Source of the DNA: Octopus vulgaris | Taxonomy: Eukaryota | Reading direction: 5' to 3' | DNA: 64,000 bases | Assembly: GCA_951406725.2 (NCBI GenBank) | Contig: OX597831.1 | Location: 54,002,001 to 54,066,000, forward strand | Notes under the pieces: generated by a model | Told to the model about the DNA's origin: nothing | Seen by the model: only the letters and a program-made list of their open reading frames with translations | Databases searched by the model: none | Shown: piece by piece, positions 1-10,141 of the stretch | How the letters are laid out: every line of letters begins with the position of its first letter | Numbering within the stretch: the first letter of the stretch is position 1 | Made by a program: the position numbers and the translations under genes

Positions 1-1321
1 TTTAAAATGCATTATCAAAAAAACTTCCTTGATGTGTAAAATACATCTATTTAGGTCATATATTTTAAAAACTGAAATATATCATGTAATACAGTAGCTG
101 TTTTTGGACAAAGCCTACTGATGTTTTTACACTGTATTTAGTATAGAACTATGATGCAATAAAAAAAAGGGCTTTATTCAAAATTTTGTTCATAAATCAA
201 TCAATCTCAATAATCACATTCTTAAAGACATAGGCATTTTAACAAAAAAGTAGTATTAGAGGTTGTATAAGGGTTAATTTTTACATGTTATATAAAACTT
301 ATTTGTGTGCTGTGCACACCATGCATTACAGATTTATATTTTCAGTCCTGAAATACAGTTTTCACAGTGTGTGTTAATACACACTTTCATTGTATTAGTG
401 ATAAGATCTCAGCAGAATCTCAGTTTGTTCAAGAAAGAAACACCCATTTCCACCAAAGCTTGTTAAGTTCTGTAAAATCATTTATTGCAGTCAATGTGAT
501 CAGCGCAAAATCATTTTTTTCCCTCATTGTACTGGCTTTTGCTCTCTTTACATTGTTTTTTCCTGCATTCAATTGGCAAACCAAATTTTTATAATGGCGC
601 ACTGCCAGCTTAATTGTCACTTTTATTGCATGGACACACCCAGGAATTTACATTTGGGATATTGTTCTTTTAGATATTCTTAATTTAAAAAGTATTTGCT
701 GGCTCACTTGTTTCTTCAATTATTTCATCCTAAGGCACCCCTCCCTCAACATTGGCATACTGTTTTCCATTTGAAACCATTTAGAAATGGGTGGGTGATA
801 TTCCCAGCTCTGATAAATACATATTTATGCAGGCAATGTAAACATTGTTAATATTGAATTGACAAGATCTCTGAAAATTCTGAAAGAAAATTTCTCCTTC
901 ACCTTTTAACATTTCTCATTTCTTTGACATTTCTTTCTCTTTGATTTGTTCACTCTTTCTGACTAGTCCTCTCTATATATTTCTCTTCTACTCTGTCCTC
1001 CTCTTTCTCACTGTATCTATCTATCTATCTATCCACACACATACACTATTTACCTTTCTCTCTCTCCTCTCTTATCATATATATAATTAGTCGCATATAA
1101 TACTTGACAAATGGAACAAAAGAAAAAGATTCCCTTTCACCTACTGTCTATCTAAGAAATTTTCATGTTTTTGATACCTAAGGATAGTACTACTTTTGGG
1201 GTGTCAACAATCATCAGATATAGTTGTTAGGGCTTCACTCAGTGGTGATGGGACATGAAAAACTGTTGGGAACTTCTAGTAAATGAGGAAGAGAAAAAAG
1301 CCACAGGGATACATATATATA

Positions 1322-1481
1322 TATATTATATAGAGGGCATTATTACACATAAACGCTGCACGCTAAATGACTTGCTTCGAGACTTGCATTCGGTACGATA
1401 TGTTTATTTTGGTAGTTTTGACTTTAAGAGTCCCTCCTAGCATGTGGCATTTATGTCTAATGATGCCCTCTATATAATATA
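1322..1481. repeat. Inverted repeat, ~44-bp arms (1322-1365 / 1438-1481)
   Basis: tatattatatagagggcattattacacataaacgctgcacgcta vs reverse complement of arm 2 tatattatatagagggcatcattagacataaatgccacatgcta. Confidence 0.9.
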
Positions 1482-1666
1482 AATAAATATATTCAAGTGG
1501 AAAAAATTTACAGATTTTTTCTCTTATGAGGTTTTTCACGCTAACTACTTTATAATTTCTTATGAAGATTTTATCCTATTTTTAAATTATATATATATAT
1601 ATATATTTATTTATTTATATATAAATAGGAGTTTATATATAAATAGAATGGAGTAGGTAAGATTCG

Positions 1667-1747
1667 GGTTACATATGTTTCATAGTGGGTGGAACCTCAG
1701 CAGTAAAATTCCAAGTAAGGTGTATACCACTGGCTACTCTTCAGGCC
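1667..1747 (-). ncRNA. Type I minimal hammerhead ribozyme motif (slightly decayed)
   Basis: Minus strand: GGC-CUGAAGA-GUAG...CUAU-GAAAC-AUAU-GUA-ACC. Core nucleotides are present, stem III/loop is palindromic (ACAUAUGU), stem I has one mismatch and stem II opens with G-U. Confidence 0.55.
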
Positions 1748-2150
1748 AAGGATATCTTGATTAAATTAAAGGTTACATTGTCGCACAGATGTACATGTTA
1801 ACACATGGAAGATTCAGTCAGAATGTGTAGACAGCACAGTCTGAGATGGGGTAATATAACTGTTGGGAGAAGTATTTGAATAACAGAACAAGAAGAAAAT
1901 ATAAGGGAGTGAGAGGAAGGATGAATTTAAGAAAGGTCAGTTGACTAGTATTGGCACAATGGAACTGTTTTGACTGAGTCACAGAATTTAGTAAGGGGAT
2001 TGGTGTTTGAAGAAAATATCAAAGGTGGAGAAAGAAAGTGTGTTTGAATAAAGCAAGATAGTGAAGAATTTAAATACTGTTATCTGACTGGTAGCATTCA
2101 AAAGGCTTTTTTGGTTGAATCACAAAAATTAGCAGGGTAGTGGTATTAGG

Positions 2151-2185
<35 letters not shown>

Positions 2186-2507
2186 TATAAATGAAGGGGA
2201 GAGGATGGGGGAAAGAAAATATATATACAATGGAAAGCTTTCTTCTCCCTCCTACACACTTTCTTTCTCCCCCTAGTTGACTTGTTTATCATATTGAGAC
2301 TTAATTGCCTCAATACTTTCCCTTTACTTCTTGATTTATGCCTTTCCTTATTAGGACACTTTTGCAGCAATTGACACACAAGACCATGCAGTCATATGTG
2401 CTATGATTGGAAAAAAAAATACAATAAACTGTTTTAAATTGTAAGGAAGTGTATGAAACATTGTGACAAAAATCGGAAGAATAAATAAAGGAAGAATCGA
2501 GTTATAC

Positions 2508-3801
2508 TTAATCATCAGTTTTGCCAAATATCTGGTAAAACTCCTCGGTTGTGATGATCTCATCATATACACCCTGATCCTCATCATCACTTGTCTGATT
2601 TTCATTAACTGATGAAGCACTGGGGCTAACATTTCTTGCACAGGCGAAGTCATTATATAGCTTGTCTTCCGTACTATCCATGGAATTTGAGATCCTGCAC
2701 TTCAAAAATGATTCCATCACAAGTTCACTCGGTATTTCAGCCCATGAATCTATCACCCACTGCAAACAGTCTTACGGTCAGGGCGTTTAAAGTTTCCAGC
2801 CTTTGTTATTAAGCATCCATTCATTCCACTTGGCACCTTAAATGGCTTGTTCACCTTAAAAGGCTTGTTCACTGACACATTGAGTAGCTGTAGAACAGAT
2901 GTACATGCACCTGGAATCACAGCTTGGTAGGTACGATGCTTCTGTAATCTATTTTTTATGCTTTCGATCAGATGAGTCCTGAACATATCCCATACAAGAA
3001 GCGACTTTGAATTAAGCATAGCCCCTGGGCATGTGAACCACACACCGTTTAACCAGTTCATCAATATAGCTTCATCCATCCACCCTTTCTCCTGAACGTA
3101 CACCACTATGCCCTTCAGAAACTTCTCTTTGGAAAGTCTTTCTTTTGAAAACAACAGCTGGGGTAAGTTTCGTACCATCAGCCACACAAACCAAAATTGC
3201 AGTGAAGTGGGCCTTGTTGCTCCCCGTAGTTTTTCTGACATTGTGTTTTTCCCTTTAATGTCAACTATCTGTGTTCCAACCATGTCAAAAAAAAAAAAAG
3301 GTGTCTCGCCCATATTACTGATTGCTTCCAAAGCAAACTTGTGGCTCTTTCGTAGGTCTGTTACATACCAATGGAAGGAATCAACTTTGCTCTCTATGTC
3401 AGTGAGTAATTTCTGTGCAATATAAGTCATCTGTCTCAGTGTAAGATTGTGGCATTTCATAAACATGTACACCAGCCAGGAGATGCTTTAAAGTCAAGCA
3501 TACCATGTTCTTTAGTCACTTGGAGATGTTGTTTCTTGTGACAAGTCCATTCGTGCGTAGTTCAGTCACCAAATCTCTCAAAATAGTCTCCATCTTCTCA
3601 TTGAGACTCATTCCTATCTTAATTTTCTTTAACAGTTTTATGTCAACGGATTTCATTTTCCCCTCTTTCAAATGCCAATCTCTGACCATTTTTTCTGAGA
3701 CCCCCAAATTCTCTTTCTGCAGCTCAATTTGAATTCGACTTCACGTAGTCAACCACTTTCAGTTTGAAAGTGATATCATACAAATTCCTCTTTCTGTTCA
3801 T
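2508..3801 (-). pseudogene. pogo-family (POGK-like) DDE transposase pseudogene: Brinker-type DBD, CENP-B/Tc5 HTH and DDE_1
   Basis: ATG at 3801 gives MNRKRNLYDITFKLKVVDYVKSNSN*AAEREFG. Later frames give SNMGETP (first D region), KGWMDE, LLVWDMFRTH, VIPGACTSVLQLLNVSVNKPFK, then ISNSMDSTED and an acidic tail. Multiple stops and frameshifts. Confidence 0.9.
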
Positions 3802-3861
3802 GTTAACAAATAACATGGCATTGAATTAAAGAAAGACAAGTATGGTACAAAAAACTGAAAG

Positions 3862-4579
3862 ATTGTCTTTCCCTCTGGAAACAGTTCCACAACCATAAGA
3901 TGCATTTGATCAGACAAAATGCTTAAATAGTCTTGACTATTAATTCTGCCATGAAGGGAAACCATTGGGCTGGCAGATTTCCAAGATATAGCACCCCCAG
4001 ATCATCACAGATCCTTCTCCATATTTAACTGTTGGAAGAAGGCAGTCTGGGTCAAATGCTTCTTATGGCTGTCTCCACACATATACTCGGCCGGTGGTTG
4101 GAAATATGGTAAAGGATGAATCGTCCAAGAAAATAACACTCTTCCACTGCTCTAGGGACCAATTCTGCCAGGTTTTTACTCCACACTAAATGCTTTGCAA
4201 TGTTTGTTCTTGAAAGTAGTGGCTTTCTGATTGCAGCCTCCCCATGAAATCTGGCTTTGTGCAGCCCCCAGTGAACAGTTTTTGTGGAAACTGTGTTTTT
4301 GAGGAGTTCATTAAGCTCTGCAGTAATTTTGGGAGCTGTACTTTTGTGATCCTTTCTAACAATTCACATAAGAGTGCGACTGTCCCTATTTGAAAGTTTG
4401 GTTTTCTTCCAGAGTTTTGTTTCAACGAGGAGGTTTTTCCCTCTTTCTCAAATGCTCTCATCACCTTTGAGATAGTATTTATTGATATACCAAACATTTC
4501 AGCTGTTTTTTGTTATGCTAGCACCTGCCATACAGGCACCAACAATTTGACTTCTTTGAAAGTTTGATGGATCTGTCAT
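3862..4579 (-). pseudogene. Tc1 transposase fragment, 3'-truncated
   Basis: MTDPSNFQRSQIVGA...TISKVMRAFEKEGKTSSLKQNSGRKP, then WKSVIFLDDSSF, GRVYVWRQ, LPTVK..GSVMIWGAIS. Stops just before the second catalytic D. Confidence 0.88.
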
Positions 4580-4885
4580 TTTAATGAATTTTAATTACCT
4601 TTTTCTGATGATATCTGAAAAGAAACAGCATTTTTAGCAAAACATTTTGGGCAACACTAATAATAAATCAAAAAAGCTAGACAGAGTTACAGACATAGCT
4701 CAAGAATAACCGATACTTTTCACCCTACTTGGAGCTTGTCAATGCTGGGCACTCTTTTGTCACTTGCCTAGATGAAATTCATGCTTTGATATAAAGAAAA
4801 TAGTTAATAATATTCACTAAGATTGCTTTGGCAAACTCAGTTACATAGCTGGGATGATGATTGCAGAAAGTTTGCGGGACTGTAA

Positions 4886-4911
4886 CAAAAAAAAAAAAAA
4901 AAAAAAAAAAA
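4886..4911. repeat. poly(A) run
   Basis: About 24 consecutive A. Confidence 0.9.
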
Positions 4912-4974
4912 GCCTTGTCACTTTTTCTTAGAAATCAAAACATTGACAAACGTCAAGTCTGTTTTCCATGAATT

Positions 4975-5100
4975 CTCTTTTATTGATTTTGTCACTGCAG
5001 CCATGCTAGGACACCACTCTCAATGGTTTTAGTCAATCATGTCAACCAAACCCCCACCCCCAATACATTGCCTTGCATTCTCCTCCAAGGTCAATAAAGT
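4975..5100 (-). mobile_element. SINE family A 3' remnant
   Basis: 'actgcagccatgctaggacacc' matches the tail of the copies at 19221 and 28003. Confidence 0.55.
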
Positions 5101-5229
5101 AAGTATCGTGGTAAGATCGATCAGGTGTAAAGGTAGATGACTAAGATGGAACAAAATGCCTCATAGATCCACTGGAGACAAATCATCAGTGGGTTCTTGT
5201 TTTAAGAAAGTTCAGTGAAAGCTATGTTA

Positions 5230-6200
5230 ATACATAAGCAAAGCCTTCAGCCATGTCTGGCCTGCAAATATGGTTGAAAATTGAATCTTCTATCAAAACT
5301 TCCTACCTACAGGTTCCTTATTTGTCATCTCTTAAATTGATAGCTTTCTATCAAATTACACTAATGTGACAAGTATTGACAGAGCTCTTTTAGTTGACTC
5401 TAGTGTTCTCCAGTATTCAGCATTGTCCCTTGCTTTCTTCCTCCTGTACATCAATGACATGCTTGTTAACAACATCCATGCTTAAGCAAATGACCTTCCC
5501 TAACCATGCATCACCCACAAGCCTAGGTACCACATGCCAAACCTGCATTGATTGTATAGTCAGATACTTTGAGAGCATCTTCCAATAGGGTTAAACTAGC
5601 CTTGTCTCTTTTAAACATTTCAAGTCCTAATCATGTCAGAAAAATATCACTGCACCGTACTCCCTCTAAAGATGAGCAGAACTCAGCTAGTGCCTTGTCA
5701 GTCTCACTTCAACTCCTGGCACCAGTATCACTGAAGATCTCTCCTAGTGAAAGCATATCCTTAGCGTGACTAACTCCTCTACAGCCAGAAGATATTTCAG
5801 TCCTCAACAGCTGTTCATTCTTAACAGGGCACAAGTGAGGCTCTCAATAGAGGTCAGTTCTACTATCTGGGATGGTGCTGCTGCTACTCATATTGATATC
5901 TTGGATCATCCAGAGAAGGATCACTCAGCTGATAAGCACTTTATTTCTATCACTATTATCATGGTCTCTGCTCTCCTGAACTGGCTGGTCTCAGACCTCC
6001 ACCACTTGGGCATTTCTGACCCACTTGTCTCTCCACCTTTCATCACCCTTAGTGCAATCAAATTCCGCCCTTCATCTCACTAACTACAATGCCCAGTCCT
6101 TCATCCCCAGAACATCAGCTCTCTGAAATCCCCTCTTTATATCTTCCATGTAGGTGTTGACTTGCAACAGTTTATATAGAACATTTAACAACATCGATCT
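5230..6200 (+). mobile_element. Decayed non-LTR retrotransposon (CR1/Jockey-like) RT and 3' fragment
   Basis: Broken frames KAFSHVW, VLQYSALSLAFFLLYIND (cf. GVPQGSVLSPLLFLLYIND), RAQVRLSIEVSSTIWDGA, YFYHYYHGLCSPEL. Confidence 0.75.
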
Positions 6201-6264
6201 CACCAATTTTTTTAAATGATTAGATTCACTGATTCTGCCATCTCATACTGATACACAACTGAGT

Positions 6265-6385
6265 AACTTCTTTTGAATGCTTTCCAAATTCCATCCACAA
6301 GGCTTTGCCCAAGGTACTGTACAGTGGGACCAAACCAGAAACTATGTGATTGTGAAGCAAAGTTCTTTTCCATAAGCAATACAAC
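6265..6385 (-). mobile_element. SINE family A head remnant
   Basis: 'ttgcccaaggtactgtacagtgggaccaaaccagaaactatgtgattgtgaagcaa' is a reverse-complement match to the 19221 copy. Confidence 0.65.
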
Positions 6386-6669
6386 AGCTGGTGTAAATTG
6401 TACTGCACCAAACAAAATGCTCTTGCAGCATTTAGTTACATTCCTTTATTCTTTGAGTTCAAATACTGCTACAGTCAACTTAGTCTTTCTTCCTCTGAGT
6501 TCAGTTGCAATAGTATCCATATTATACTGAAAGTCAATATCTCTTTCTCTACAAATTTTTGATTTTGTATTGATGTAAGAAATCATTATTTTCCAATAAA
6601 GTGTAGTGGATGGTGGAATTTGTATTGAGTTGGACAAAATATTTCTGCGGTTTTTTTTTTATGTATAGA

Positions 6670-6800
6670 GTTAAAATTCCTTCAGAATTGACTTTGCCTT
6701 TATTCATCAGGGGCTTGATAAAATAAATGAGTCTACAGTGGGTTCCAATTAAACTGAAATCTCTTCACCAAAATTTGTGATCTTGTACCGACAAAAAGTT
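6670..6800 (+). mobile_element. SINE family C decayed fragment
   Basis: 'gactttgccttt...gataaaataaa' resembles 39830-39880. Confidence 0.5.
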
Positions 6801-7399
6801 CCTCAAAGTAAAAAAAAAAATATCTGCTATTTTGGATTAACGATCATTAATTCTTCAGTTTTCATTTTGTTTAGAAATTGTAAATTTTTCTCTCTACAAT
6901 TACAAATGCTTTCTCATGTAATTTTGTAAAAAGAAGTAATATTTTCATTGATGCTCAATTAATTGGTTAATGACATGGAAAAATTCAATTTTGAAATCTA
7001 TAAATTATAATTTAGATTTCATGCATAGCTAATATTTAATAAATTGGAGCAATTTAATGGGATATCTAGTGCTAAAAAAAGTTCTGTAACTACTGTTTCA
7101 GGCCTTGTATTGTTCAAATTTTTTCTGTGTAGAAGACTTTTTTCTTCCCCTCCTTGTAAATTTTAACCCAAATTTTAATTAGGAGTAATGTTGCAAAATA
7201 ATGGAATATATTATAAAATGTCCAATATAATTATTGCTATCTAGTGAATGATTTGGTTTTCCTTCCAGTGTAGTTGAAGATACTATTACTATAAGGGACA
7301 CTAAATTATAATAATTAAAAAATTGAATTTTTTAGCACTATTACGTTGAAGTTATTTCTCCTGAGGTTGTTCACTGGAGATCTATAGTCAATTCACGGA

Positions 7400-7800
7400 G
7401 ATGAAAATGACCTTTCGTAACATCAAGGTTCAGTTGTTTAACTGCTACAATTTTGTGGAATTGTGTGTTGCAGAATTTGTGTAGCCATCAAACAATGAGG
7501 TGGTGATGCAAATTTTTGCACTAAAGAAGATTTAGCTTTTCACTATTACTCCTTCATTTCTCAAGCACTTTCATTATAAAGCAGCAGCACAGCATATAAA
7601 TACATTGTAGTCATGCAGATGGAGATATTCTCCCATGAATTAATCTAGTTATTTTGATTTGAAGAACAGAATTTTCCACTATATGTCTTCAGTGTTGTTG
7701 AAAAGATATGTAACTTTTTGGATTGCTTTCACTTTTCTGTATGTTGTAGTTTTCTGTGAACTAGCAATCTTATCATTTGTACATGTTTAGTGTACTGCAG
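7400..7800 (-). pseudogene. Possible highly decayed DNA-transposase remnant (DFSENY...SDG-type motifs)
   Basis: Minus-strand FTENY (~7760) and FDG (~7490) at a plausible spacing; weak evidence. Confidence 0.2.
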
Positions 7801-8624
7801 TAGTGGCTTGATAATTTCAAGTTTGTCATAGTAAAGATAGTTCAAATACTTGACACTTCAATACTAAGGACAGTGCAGTTTTATTGTTGTCACTTTACTA
7901 GAATAAATATTACTTGCAGGAAATTGTTGTGGAAATACCAGGTTTTATAAATTTTCTTGTATTTTAATGTACAAATTTGTATATCTTCATGACATTATTT
8001 CATTTTGTTAGATTTTTATGATAAAGGATTAGACAATAGATTGATGTTAACAAAGAATTATGATTTAAGTAACTTAGAGTATTAATACAAGGTAATAAAT
8101 TCTGGTTTTCTCTAGTTGTAAGGTGATCTATCAGTCTATTGCACTACTCAACTAATGGCTGACTTTGACTGTTTCTTCCAACAGTAAGTAGCACCTTTCA
8201 ACCTTGACATATCTGTCAACTAAATATTGTTGGCTTTCCTGATCTATAAAGGACATTGAAGCCGCCCCTATGTGCAAGATTATTGTAGTAGAACTGTTGT
8301 ATAGCCATCTTATTTTAAACATGAGTTTGTTGTTCTTTAACATGTTGCTAATCACTGTGCTATTTAAGCTCTCTGTTGGGAAATAAGAGAGTAATATTGG
8401 CTAAAAACAGCAAGATAAACAGATCCTTGTCAGTGCTATATTTCTTGGATGATTTAAAAAAAAAATTTTTTTTTTTTTTGTTAGCAACTAAATTTTCACC
8501 AATAAACACAGCAGTGATTTTTATTATTTATGAGAAAATTGTATCACCTGATGTCAGGACCTTGTTTGGGCTGCAGGTCATATTTGCATTTAAGCTACAT
8601 ATGAACTGCAGTTTATATTTACAT

Positions 8625-8680
8625 TTTACCTAGTCCAACCTATGCCAGCATGGAAAATGATGTTAAAGGATGATGATGTT
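8625..8680 (+). mobile_element. RTE 3' tail fragment
   Basis: 'ccaacctatgccagcatggaaaatgatgttaaaggatgatgatg' matches 60510-60560. Confidence 0.7.
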
Positions 8681-8948
8681 ATCAGCTCTTATTGAATATG
8701 CCTGTTTTTATAACTCTACCAAAGACATATTTTTTTATATCTAACTCAGTATATGAGTTATAAAATGTAATTTCTTGTTTTATGTTTACCACATAAGGCA
8801 AACCATCTGAATTTTGAGATATTTAAAAATTTTACTAGCATCAGTAATACAAGTTGGCTATATGTTGGGTGATTATTTCCATGTACAGAGTAGTAGAGCG
8901 GTATGTTTGTCCTTGAATTCTAAACCTTTTTTTTTTCTTTTTTTCCAG

Positions 8949-8981
8949 GTGAGTAATTTTTACACCAACTGAAGCGAAAAG
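8949..8981 (+). other. Candidate recursive-splice site / 33-nt non-coding (poison or UTR) microexon
   Basis: ttctaaac + ~20-nt pyrimidine tract + CAG|GTGAGT at 8948/8949; downstream donor AAG|GTAACT at 8981/8982; stop codons in all three frames. Confidence 0.5.
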
Positions 8982-9409
8982 GTAACTGCATATATATTAT
9001 TTGGTATTTATCCTGATATGATTAGCCTTCTCATTATTCTCATCAAAGAATAGTTTCAGTTCATGAGAAAGCTGCAGAGGTGAAAGTTTCATTTTATTGT
9101 TATTGTAACAATTTAGATATTCGTTTCTGAATCTCAGACATCACATTGAGGACACTATCTGTCCGTTACTCTGATGTATGATTCACTTATTTCATTCTGA
9201 TGTGTCACAAGAGCACCAAATCATCTCTGACATTGTCTTATTTGAAATTTTCTCAAAGCAAGCAATTTTTTCTTGTATTCAGTTCCAGTTTTTGAAGATT
9301 TTCTTGCTAGTCTATCTTCTCTTTGTTATTTCAGAGCACCTCACTCTGCCCCTTCTCTATTTTTTTGTCCTATCTGTCTGTCTGTCTGTCTCTTTATATA
9401 TATATATAT

Positions 9410-9710
9410 TTTATCATTAATTAAAATCTTAGGGTAGCAAGAATATTCATTAAAAAATTCAAAGTTACCAGTGGTCTAGCGAGAAAGAAAAAATTAGTCG
9501 ATAGACTATATATTATTCAGAGAAGAATACAATGTACGTTCAAACACAAAAGGGATACCCGAAGAATAGGATATCTGACTCGCTAGAAAGAGCACTTTCA
9601 GAATTACAACAATTGGTGGCTTGGAGTTTTAACTGCTCTTTCTAGCGAGTCAGATATCCTATTCTTCGGGTATCTCTTTTGTGTTTGAACGTACACTGTA
9701 TTCTTCTTAT
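9410..9710 (+). mobile_element. (TA)n-embedded foldback element, related in architecture to 1322-1590
   Basis: (TA)n on both sides; head 'aagttaccagtggtctagcgagaaag', followed by a 74-bp inverted repeat. Confidence 0.55.
9521..9707. repeat. Near-perfect inverted repeat, 74-bp arms, 39-nt loop
   Basis: 9521-9594 vs 9634-9707, 72/74 complementary. Confidence 0.97.
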
Positions 9711-9954
9711 ATATATATATATTTATATACACACAAAATTAGCTTGCTGTTTACTGTCCATATTCTCTCTTCATATTTGTTAGGTATTTTTTCTTCTTTG
9801 ATATCATATGTATTATTGTGATTTTTTATGTATAGTGTTGGCTCGTTTTTCTCTGGTTTTCTATGAAACTTTATTTTCTGCTTTTGTTCTTTCCTACATC
9901 ATTTGCCTATATCATTTTATTCTTTTTCTTTGTTTTAAATCATTGTTCCATAGT

Positions 9955-10141
9955 GAAGGTTGTTTAAATGTGAAGTGAGAATAAAATTTGTTGTGCAAAG
10001 AATTTGCCTTTCTTAATTTGAAAAATGGAAGATATTAGATCTTTTATATGGTTTATTAAAAGGAAAAAAAAAACTTCTTTTCACCCATAAAAATTGACAA
10101 TGGAAGGTTGTTTAAATGTGAAGTGAGAATAAAATTTGTTG
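9955..10141. repeat. 39-bp exact direct repeat separated by 109 bp
   Basis: gaaggttgtttaaatgtgaagtgagaataaaatttgttg at 9955-9993 and 10103-10141. Confidence 0.95.

Larger units (their letters stand above)
1310..2180 (-). mobile_element. Putative Penelope-like element remnant embedded in (TA)n, containing a foldback (1322-1481) and a hammerhead motif (1667-1747)
   Basis: Flanked and interrupted by (TA)n. The minus strand has CUGAAGA...GAAAC-AUAU-GUA. Head motif 'gtagttagcgtgaaaaacc' resembles 9470-9490. No RT or GIY-YIG frame was recognised. Confidence 0.45.

Noticed and set aside
367-700. Short minus-strand ORF TIKLAVRHYKNLVCQL, vaguely like a Tigger C-terminus
   Set aside because: No diagnostic catalytic motif recognisable
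8120-8440. Possible LINE endonuclease relic (GGFNV, cf. GDFN) on the minus strand; similar hints at 10560-11050 and 13100-13900
   Set aside because: Too decayed to assign by eye
9955-10141. CRISPR-like repeat-spacer
   Set aside because: Only two repeats, a 109-bp spacer, eukaryotic context and no cas genes
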